Part shown: positions 1 to 4,211 of the stretch, in pieces
Numbering within the stretch: the stretch's first letter is position 1
How the letters are laid out: each line of letters opens with the position of its first letter
Source of the DNA: a virus
Lineage: Duplodnaviria > Heunggongvirae > Uroviricota > Caudoviricetes
Length of the DNA stretch: 4,211 bases
Virus record (IMG/VR): IMGVR_UViG_2684622618_000024
Direction: 5' to 3' (one strand)
Notes under the pieces: generated by a model
Seen by the model: only the letters and a program-made list of their open reading frames with translations
Told to the model about the DNA's origin: nothing
The model's database searches: none
Translations under genes and position numbers: made by a program

Positions 1-1119
1 TCAAATAACCAACTTAACCCATTCCTGACCTCGAGTATCGTTATAGCGATCGGTGGTTGCCTGGACTTTATGTCCTAGTAATGTTTTTGTATCGATACCC
101 TGTGCACGGTACAGCCGTTCTGATAGAGAGCGTTGTTCATGAAATGTTGGCGGAGTTTTTCCTGCTGGTGGAATTACCCCAGCCAGATCCCGTGCTTTGG
201 CAAAGTAGTCGCTCAGGTTGTCTTTACTCATCGGCTTCGGTTGTTTCTGGTGCCGACTATGGATTAGATATGGACTTAATATTCTGTCTCGGCACCCATC
301 AATAACTTCTTTTAACGTTATCCCAATGGCATCACAGCGTAGTGTAAGCGGTAACGCCAGACGCATTCCGGTTTTTCCCTGGGTGATATGCAAGTGTTCG
401 TTCCACACATCTGAAAAACGCATGTGGCAAATGTCATCACGGCGCTGACCAGTAACAATCGCAAGAAGCATTGCGTTACGGATAAAGTGTTTTTCAGGCG
501 TTGCATTGTAAATTTTTTGCCAGTCTTCCATGGTGAGCCTGGCTCTGGTTACTTTAGGGATCGGTTTACGGGTAGCCTCCGGAGGATTCCATCCAGGAGG
601 AACTTCCCCTGCATGCTGTGCTTCTTTATAAATATCAACCCATAATCCACGATTTACTCTCGCTGTACTGACCATGTCTTTATCCAGCCACTCATCCAGT
701 ATTAATGCAAAGTCTCTTACTTCCAGTTCTTTCAATGGGTGGTTTCCCAGACGGGAAACCAGGTATGCAGCCATTCGAGTTTTTTCTTTGTGAGTTGTAG
801 CTGCAATATCTCCATTTTTCAGTCGCGTGTCCTGTATTTTCAGATATCGATCAACCCATGCCTTTAATCTGATACCCCGACGTTTTGTTGCTGACGGACT
901 TTCATCAATTTTGCGCATGAAATATTCAGCTTCTGCTGCAGCTATTCGCTGATTGGCTGTGGAAGCGATTTTTTCTGCCTTACCTTTGTCTGTTCCGAGT
1001 CCGTGAAATTTTCCAGTCACAGGATTTTTATACTGGTAGTAAACTCTGCCAGTTCTGCGATCAAACTTTTCGTAAAGACCGGCTACGTCAGTGCTGTTTT
1101 TTCGTGGCCTCGGTGACAT
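1..1119 (-). CDS. int: Tyrosine site-specific integrase, lambda Int family
   Basis: 372-aa ORF, ATG at 1119-1117, TGA stop at 3-1. Catalytic-core motifs line up with lambda Int: TGQRRDD (Arg), HITQGKTG (Lys), HEQRSLSERLY (His-x-x-Arg), LGHK (His), TTDRYNDTRG (Tyr nucleophile). N-terminal arm-binding-like region also present. Start overlaps the 3' end of xis, as in lambda. Family call is from recalled similarity, not a search. Confidence 0.94.
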   Translation of the reverse strand: MSPRPRKNSTDVAGLYEKFDRRTGRVYYQYKNPVTGKFHGLGTDKGKAEKIASTANQRIAAAEAEYFMRKIDESPSATKRRGIRLKAWVDRYLKIQDTRLKNGDIAATTHKEKTRMAAYLVSRLGNHPLKELEVRDFALILDEWLDKDMVSTARVNRGLWVDIYKEAQHAGEVPPGWNPPEATRKPIPKVTRARLTMEDWQKIYNATPEKHFIRNAMLLAIVTGQRRDDICHMRFSDVWNEHLHITQGKTGMRLALPLTLRCDAIGITLKEVIDGCRDRILSPYLIHSRHQKQPKPMSKDNLSDYFAKARDLAGVIPPAGKTPPTFHEQRSLSERLYRAQGIDTKTLLGHKVQATTDRYNDTRGQEWVKLVI

Positions 1120-1357
1120 GAGTTAAAATCTCCTTCAGTGCATCATCATCGCCAGTATGAATTTCCGGCGCAATTCCCGTTTCACCAGGCCCAACAAATA
1201 CTGCTCGGCGATCTATCAGCCAACGCCCACGAATTTTTTGTGGTCTTGGAACGATGTATCCTAGTTTTCCGTATTTCACCAGGGTAGTGTTTGTTATTGG
1301 GAGACTGAACCGTTTTGGTTTCCACTCGTCGAGCGTTATCAGGTACTGTTCGCTCAT
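1088..1357 (-). CDS. xis: Excisionase, lambda Xis-like
   Basis: ATG at 1357-1355 preceded by GGAG about 7 nt upstream; TGA stop at 1090-1088. Protein MSEQYLITLDEW...PRPQKIRGRWLIDRRAVF follows the lambda Xis pattern (YLTLQEW ... P-x-K-x-GR-x-L). The ORF track's 1366 start is a GTG three codons upstream. Overlaps int by 32 nt. Confidence 0.8.
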   Translation of the reverse strand: MSEQYLITLDEWKPKRFSLPITNTTLVKYGKLGYIVPRPQKIRGRWLIDRRAVFVGPGETGIAPEIHTGDDDALKEILTHVTEATKKQH

Positions 1358-1375
1358 GGCTATCACTCCGGAACG

Positions 1376-1407
1376 CGCCAGTTGCAGAATATCAACGACA
1401 ACTGGCG
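1376..1407. repeat. Perfect 9-bp inverted repeat CGCCAGTTG / CAACTGGCG with 14-nt spacer, just upstream of xis
   Basis: Read directly: 1376-1384 CGCCAGTTG and 1399-1407 CAACTGGCG. No flanking U-run on either strand, so not a classic intrinsic terminator; more likely a protein-binding site or RNA stem. Confidence 0.5.
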
Positions 1408-1418
1408 ACGGTTGAACA

Positions 1419-1682
1419 TTAAAAATCAGCCTGACTCGGGATCAGTTTTTGCCAGATAACTGAAACGTATTTTGCCTGGTAACGGGCGTCATCAAGTNNN
1501 NNNNNNNNNNNNNNNNNNNNNNNNNNNNNNNNNNNNNNNNNNNNNNNNNNNNNNNNNNNNNNNNNNNNNNNNNNNNNNNNATCGGTCATAATGGCAGATT
1601 GCGCTTCGCGTGATTGCTTAAGCCACCATTTAATGGTGTCCCTCGCCGTGTGCTTTCGTGTTGTGTGCCTGCTTTTTACCAC
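1419..1682 (-). CDS. Possible small basic protein, interrupted by an N-run; doubtful
   Basis: 87-codon ORF with a GTG start, spanning the 1498-1580 N-run so frame continuity cannot be verified. Sits upstream of xis in the same orientation, where lambdoid phages often carry small early-left genes. N-terminus MVKSRHTTRKHTARDTIKWW is basic; no recognisable family. Confidence 0.25.
   Translation of the reverse strand: MVKSRHTTRKHTARDTIKWWLKQSREAQSAIMTDXXXXXXXXXXXXXXXXXXXXXXXXXXXXLDDARYQAKYVSVIWQKLIPSQADF
1498..1580. other. Run of 83 N (assembly gap or masked sequence)
   Basis: Read directly. True length and content unknown. Confidence 0.99.
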
Positions 1683-1706
1683 GTCAGGCGAGGTGGTCCC
1701 CGTTAT

Positions 1707-1719
1707 TCCCCAACAACAA
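1707..1719 (+). repeat. Direct repeat copy 1, TCCCCAACAACAA
   Basis: Exact 13-mer repeated at 1740-1752, period 33 bp, in the region upstream of the 1767-2282 gene. Overlaps a small inverted repeat AACAAG-GAT-CTTGTT (1715-1729) that contains a GATC. Confidence 0.6.
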
Positions 1720-1729
1720 GGATCTTGTT

Positions 1730-1742
1730 AATCTGGATATCC
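1730..1742. repeat. Left arm of 13-bp perfect inverted repeat AATCTGGATATCC flanking the 1767-2282 gene
   Basis: 1730-1742 AATCTGGATATCC is the exact reverse complement of 2297-2309 GGATATCCAGATT. The core GGATATCC is itself palindromic. Confidence 0.6.
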
Positions 1743-1752
1743 CCAACAACAA
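1740..1752 (+). repeat. Direct repeat copy 2, TCCCCAACAACAA
   Basis: Exact copy of 1707-1719; overlaps the right end of the 13-bp inverted repeat at 1730-1742 and lies 15 bp upstream of the GTG at 1767. Confidence 0.6.
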
Positions 1753-1766
1753 TAAGAGTATTGAAT

Positions 1767-2282
1767 GTGATCGCTGAATTAACGGCAGCAATGACGGCTA
1801 TTCGTGAAACCGCCCAGATTGCAAAACTAATGAACGAGGCAAAAACTCAAGCTGAAGTAAATGCGGCTATTGGTGAACTGAACTCAAAGCTTGCATCTAT
1901 TCAGCGCGAATGCGTGTCTCTCGTTGAGCTGGTGGGCACTTATCAAGAAATAAATGCTTCTCTCAAAGCTAAAATTGCAGAATTTGAAAACTTTGAGGCT
2001 CAGACGGAAGGTTATATCCTTAGCCAACTTGAGTCGGGAACTTTTGTGTACTCGAAGGAGGTAACCGTGAACGGCGGCAGCATAATCATGCATCTTTGTC
2101 CAAAATGTTTTGGACAAAAGATAGTATCGATACTTCAGCCATTCCCGGTTAGAGAATATGAATTTTTTCATAAAAGCAGGTGCCTGTACTGTGAAAATCA
2201 GTTTCTTATGAATAAAAATCCGGATTACGTATCACCTCCATCTATTGAAGAGTTGGCCAGAAAACTGAACGGCAATCTGTAG
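1767..2282 (+). CDS. Uncharacterised protein: N-terminal coiled-coil-like region plus C-terminal paired-CxxC (zinc-ribbon-like) motif
   Basis: Longest ORF in this interval; TAG stop at 2280-2282. Likely start is GTG 1767 (AAGAG 8 nt upstream) or ATG 1791 (MTAIRETAQ...); the TTG-initiated extension back to 1614 is probably untranslated. N-terminal ~90 aa is helical and heptad-like (AKLMNEAKTQAEVNAAIGELNSKLASIQ...KAKIAEFENFEAQ). C-terminus has CPKC-x24-CLYC. No TM segment evident. By eye the 3' half is clearly more AT-rich than neighbouring genes. Opposite strand to int/xis and the PL-like operon. I do not recognise the family. Confidence 0.7.
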   Translation: MIAELTAAMTAIRETAQIAKLMNEAKTQAEVNAAIGELNSKLASIQRECVSLVELVGTYQEINASLKAKIAEFENFEAQTEGYILSQLESGTFVYSKEVTVNGGSIIMHLCPKCFGQKIVSILQPFPVREYEFFHKSRCLYCENQFLMNKNPDYVSPPSIEELARKLNGNL

Positions 2283-2296
2283 ATTTTTACTGTTAT

Positions 2297-2309
2297 GGAT
2301 ATCCAGATT
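2297..2309. repeat. Right arm of 13-bp perfect inverted repeat (GGATATCCAGATT)
   Basis: Exact reverse complement of 1730-1742; starts 15 bp after the stop codon of the 1767-2282 gene. Confidence 0.6.
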
Positions 2310-2396
2310 GTTAAAGAGCATGCCGGATGCTTGCTTGTGTCCGGCGCGTGTGCACCACTCTCCCCCCGTGGAGGATTCCTTAATTACCAGATTTCA

Positions 2397-2627
2397 TTAG
2401 TCAGAGTTTCTTGCTAACCAGCGACGCGCGCCAGATTCGGTTTTAAACGTTTTGCTTTTGGTATACGTCATCGCGGTGAACGTGCCGTCCTGGTTGGGAA
2501 ACACGCCGCACACCAGAGATTCGTTGTTGCCAAGATCAAGAGTATCCATGCTGACCTCATATCCCCTTAACGCCGGGGTAGCGGAACAAAAACCTGCTGC
2601 ATAGTTAAAGTTGAACCCTGCCGTCAT
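2397..2627 (-). CDS. Hypothetical 76-aa protein, first ORF downstream of the PL-like promoter
   Basis: ATG at 2627-2625 with GAGG/AAGAA purine-rich stretch upstream; TAA stop at 2399-2397. Sequence MTAGFNFNYAAGF...ESGARRWLARNSD is not arginine-rich at the N-terminus, so not an N-type antiterminator. Resembles the small uncharacterised genes left of racR in Rac-type prophages, but I cannot name the family confidently. Confidence 0.62.
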   Translation of the reverse strand: MTAGFNFNYAAGFCSATPALRGYEVSMDTLDLGNNESLVCGVFPNQDGTFTAMTYTKSKTFKTESGARRWLARNSD

Positions 2628-2679
2628 GTTCTTACGCCTCGGGCTGGCTACTTAATCCCTGACCACTGCCGGGTAACTC

Positions 2680-2769
2680 TAGGTATTGCCCTGTATTGTG
2701 TGGGACGGGATGGGTTGGTATGGGAAAACTATAGGAAATGCCTAATTGCTTGTCAATAGGCTACGCCTA
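2680..2769. promoter_or_regulatory. OL-like operator array: TAGGC-N3-GCCTA palindromes
   Basis: 2757-2769 TAGGCTACGCCTA (perfect arms); 2732-2744 TAGGAAATGCCTA (one arm mismatch); 2680-2692 TAGGTATTGCCCT (degenerate). Centre-to-centre spacing 25 and 52 bp, in phase. Same motif as the array right of racR. Confidence 0.5.
2728..2756 (-). promoter_or_regulatory. PL-like sigma70 promoter directing leftward transcription
   Basis: On the minus strand: -35 TTGACA (plus 2756-2751), 17-bp spacer, -10 TATAGT (plus 2733-2728). Operator-like palindromes overlap the spacer/-10 and abut the -35. Predicted leader of about 95 nt to the ATG at 2627. Confidence 0.55.
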
Positions 2770-2828
2770 ATGATTTGGGTGCGACCTAATAGGTGATGGT
2801 TTGTGGGAGAGGTAGTAGGAGTTAACTA

Positions 2829-2850
2829 ACGGGAACTAGGAATTTCCCGT
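2829..2850. other. Hairpin-capable inverted repeat ACGGGAA / TTCCCGT just 3' of racR
   Basis: 2829-2835 ACGGGAA and 2844-2850 TTCCCGT, 8-nt loop. Lies 15-36 nt downstream of the racR stop on the minus strand. No clear U-tract, so a terminator role is uncertain. Confidence 0.3.
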
Positions 2851-2864
2851 CGGACCATATAAGT

Positions 2865-3341
2865 TTAAGTTCCTGTCTTGGTGATGTTCTGGCTTTTCCG
2901 TTTTGATTCTTGATTTTTCAGATAGTTAGCTACCTTCATTTCCATTGCGGCAATGTAGGCACGAACGTCATGATCAACCCAACTAGGCTCCGTAGCATTT
3001 CCAGATAAGAGGAAAGCCACAATTGCTCTTTTTTCATCAGAGGCGGCTTGATAAAGGCTGTTTATGTCTAAAAGTTCACTTTTTGTATCTGAAGTGGATG
3101 GGGTTGGTATGGGGTATTCGTTAAGCCCCCAATGCTCTGGACCAACCACATCAGAAAAGAAACGCCATAGTTCTGGAAGTTTGTCTTTACTTATCGAACC
3201 TTTCTTAATCCAGTCATGGATTGATGGTGGTTGGACTTTGAAATGACGTGCGATTTCCGCCTTTGATTTGACGGCTCCTGATGCAATTTTTTTGTTAATG
3301 GCCTGCTCTATCGCTCGGCCTAAGTCTTTACCACTAAGCAT
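2865..3341 (-). CDS. racR: RacR-like prophage repressor (HTH, cI functional analogue)
   Basis: 158-aa ORF, ATG at 3341-3339 with AGGAGA about 10 nt upstream. HTH segment AEIARHFKVQPPSIHDWIKKG. Length, sequence as I recall it, and position divergent from ydaS/ydaT match RacR of E. coli Rac-type prophages. Too short to carry a LexA/cI-type S24 autocleavage domain. Confidence 0.85.
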   Translation of the reverse strand: MLSGKDLGRAIEQAINKKIASGAVKSKAEIARHFKVQPPSIHDWIKKGSISKDKLPELWRFFSDVVGPEHWGLNEYPIPTPSTSDTKSELLDINSLYQAASDEKRAIVAFLLSGNATEPSWVDHDVRAYIAAMEMKVANYLKNQESKRKSQNITKTGT

Positions 3342-3370
3342 TGCTTAATAGTCTCCTATGCGCATCGCAT

Positions 3371-3434
3371 TAGGCAATGCCTACTCTCGAAGTGTTAGGC
3401 ATAGCCTATTGACAATTGCATTAGGCTAAGCCTA
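3371..3434. promoter_or_regulatory. OR-like operator array: three TAGGC-N3-GCCTA palindromes between racR and ydaS
   Basis: 3371-3383 TAGGCAATGCCTA, 3396-3408 TAGGCATAGCCTA, 3422-3434 TAGGCTAAGCCTA; all have perfect 5-bp arms. Centres 25 and 26 bp apart, comparable to the three-site lambda OR layout. The third site overlaps the spacer and -10 of the PR-like promoter. Confidence 0.62.
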
Positions 3435-3438
3435 ATAT
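3409..3438 (+). promoter_or_regulatory. PR-like sigma70 promoter for ydaS/ydaT
   Basis: -35 TTGACA (3409-3414), 18-bp spacer, -10 TAATAT (3433-3438); GGAG at 3454-3457; ATG at 3466. Confidence 0.6.
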
Positions 3439-3465
3439 TATTGTGTGTTTTTTGGAGTTCATTCG

Positions 3466-3789
3466 ATGAAAAAAGATAACTATTCATTCAAACGAGCTTG
3501 TGCTGTTGTCGGTGGGCAATCAGCAATGGCTAGGCTTTTAGGTGTATCTCCTCCAAGCGTAAATCAATGGATCAAAGGTGTACGTCAGTTGCCTGCTGAG
3601 AGATGTCCTGCGATTGAACGAGCAACAAAAGGTGGTGTCCTGTGTGAAGAACTTCGTCCTGATGTTGATTGGACATACTTACGACGCTCGTCATGTTATT
3701 CGCAGAATATGTCGATGAAGCAACCAAATGACGAAAACGATCATACCCGAAGCATCAAGAGGCAAATGATTCATGAAAATCAAACATGA
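3466..3789 (+). CDS. ydaS: Cro/YdaS-family HTH regulator
   Basis: ATG at 3466 with GGAG 8 nt upstream (the ORF-track 3445 start is a GTG further up); TGA stop at 3787-3789. MKKDNYSFKRACAVVGGQSAMARLLGVSPPSVNQWIKG is a Cro-like HTH that closely matches E. coli Rac YdaS as I recall it. Its recognition segment PPSVNQWIKG is near-identical to RacR's PPSIHDWIKKG. Confidence 0.85.
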   Translation: MKKDNYSFKRACAVVGGQSAMARLLGVSPPSVNQWIKGVRQLPAERCPAIERATKGGVLCEELRPDVDWTYLRRSSCYSQNMSMKQPNDENDHTRSIKRQMIHENQT

Positions 3790-4060
3790 GCACATCCGCA
3801 TGGCGATGAATGCCTGGGCATATCCTGATGGTGAGAAAGTTCCTGCAGCTGAAATAGCCCGGACTTATTTCGAACTGGGGATGACGTTCCCGGAACTGTA
3901 CGACGACAGCCATCCGGAAGCCCTGGCTCGTAATACNNNNNNNNNNNNNNNNNNNNNNNNNNNNNNNNNNNNNNNNNNNNNNNNNNNNNNNNNNNTTGAC
4001 CAACAATATTCATGCCGGATTTCTTCCGGATGTTCGAGGGTAAAGTTCGGTATCAGATGA
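3773..4060 (+). CDS. ydaT: YdaT-like protein (CII functional analogue in Rac-type prophages); 3' part and length uncertain because of the N-run
   Basis: ATG at 3773 overlaps the ydaS stop by 17 nt. N-terminus MKIKHEHI... matches the YdaT N-terminus as I recall it. Sequence is reliable only to 3936. After the gap the frame is unknown: one frame stops at 4058-4060, another at 4041-4043. Recalled YdaT is about 140 aa, so the gap probably under-represents the real length. Confidence 0.6.
   Translation: MKIKHEHIRMAMNAWAYPDGEKVPAAEIARTYFELGMTFPELYDDSHPEALARNXXXXXXXXXXXXXXXXXXXXXDQQYSCRISSGCSRVKFGIR
3937..3995. other. Run of 59 N (assembly gap or masked sequence) inside the ydaT-like gene
   Basis: Read directly. 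Confidence 0.99.
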
Positions 4061-4067
4061 GGTGAGT

Positions 4068-4211
4068 ATGGCTAATGCCTGGCTCAGATTGTGGCATGAC
4101 ATGCCAAATGATCCCAAATGGCGAACCATTGCCAGGGTCTCAGGACAGCCAATCGCAACAGTGATGGCGGTGTATATCCACCTTCTGGTGAGTGCGTCAC
4201 GAAATGTCACG
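4068..4211 (+). CDS. 5' fragment of a rightward gene (48 codons, runs off the window); possibly a YdaU-like replication-region protein
   Basis: ATG at 4068 with GAGG at 4059-4062; open to the window end. Translation MANAWLRLWHDMPNDPKWRTIARVSGQPIATVMAVYIHLLVSASRNVT. Position after ydaT matches the replication-gene slot in Rac-type prophages; family assignment is tentative. Confidence 0.5.
   Translation, partial: MANAWLRLWHDMPNDPKWRTIARVSGQPIATVMAVYIHLLVSASRNVT

Noticed and set aside
1-60. Phage attachment site (attL/attP core) next to int
   Set aside because: The window starts exactly at the int stop codon; any att site would lie to the left, outside the window.
57-645. Four ORFs (57-305 +, 218-448 +, 318-506 -, 424-645 +) overlapping the integrase gene
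   Set aside because: All lie inside the well-supported int coding sequence on other frames or the opposite strand, with no RBS or motif support; shadow ORFs.
1614-1766. TTG-initiated N-terminal extension of the plus-strand ORF (MLKPPFNGVPRRVLSCC...)
   Set aside because: Non-ATG start with no RBS; the extension runs through the repeat-rich divergent region and has a non-protein-like Cys/Pro/Arg composition. A start at GTG 1767 or ATG 1791 is more plausible.
1884-2171. 95-aa minus-strand ORF antisense to the coiled-coil/CxxC gene
   Set aside because: Entirely contained in the longer plus-strand ORF; its F/K/L/S/R-rich composition is typical of antisense translation of AT-rich coding DNA. Worth a second look only because leftward transcription runs in this direction.
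1767-2282. Calling the plus-strand gene sieB
   Set aside because: Position and orientation match sieB in lambda and Rac, but the protein shows no hydrophobic membrane-spanning segment, which I recall SieB having, and carries a paired-CxxC motif instead. Left as uncharacterised.
2322-2345. GCCGGA-N12-TCCGGC hairpin between the convergent gene ends, as a bidirectional terminator
   Set aside because: Only a 6-bp stem with a 12-nt loop and no U-tract on either strand; too weak to call.
2397-2627. Calling the 76-aa gene an N antiterminator, or ydaF/ydaG
   Set aside because: No arginine-rich N-terminal motif and no nut-like boxA/boxB in the leader. The recalled YdaF/YdaG lengths are shorter and I cannot confirm similarity without a search.
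3064-3246. 60-aa plus-strand ORF inside racR
   Set aside because: Antisense shadow ORF within a confidently assigned repressor gene.
3755-4013. Minus-strand ORFs 3755-4006 and 3780-4013 spanning the second N-run
   Set aside because: Their continuity depends on N translated as X; they overlap ydaT on the opposite strand and have no independent support.
4010-4210. 66-aa minus-strand ORF at the right edge
   Set aside because: Overlaps the RBS-supported plus-strand gene starting at 4068; no RBS of its own.
1-4211. CRISPR arrays, tRNA or rRNA genes, IS elements
   Set aside because: No regularly spaced repeat array, no tRNA-like cloverleaf candidates, and no transposase-like ORF or terminal inverted repeats of IS size were seen.

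Overview
This window looks like the integration and immunity end of a lambdoid, Rac-like prophage. Reading left to right: a lambda-family tyrosine integrase (1-1119, minus) overlapped by an excisionase (1088-1357, minus); a doubtful small ORF broken by an N-run; an unrecognised plus-strand gene (1767-2282) for a coiled-coil plus paired-CxxC protein, bracketed by a 13-bp perfect inverted repeat; a 76-aa gene fed by a near-consensus PL-like promoter; a RacR-like repressor (2865-3341, minus) flanked on both sides by arrays of TAGGC-N3-GCCTA palindromes; rightward Cro/YdaS-like and YdaT-like genes; and the first 48 codons of a further rightward gene. The best candidate for something new is the orphan plus-strand gene, which sits antisense to the early-left operon in the position lambdoid phages use for exclusion genes, where the usual recombination and kil genes are missing. 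Two N-runs (1498-1580, 3937-3995) hide sequence. All family assignments are from reading the translations by eye and recalled similarity; no search was run.
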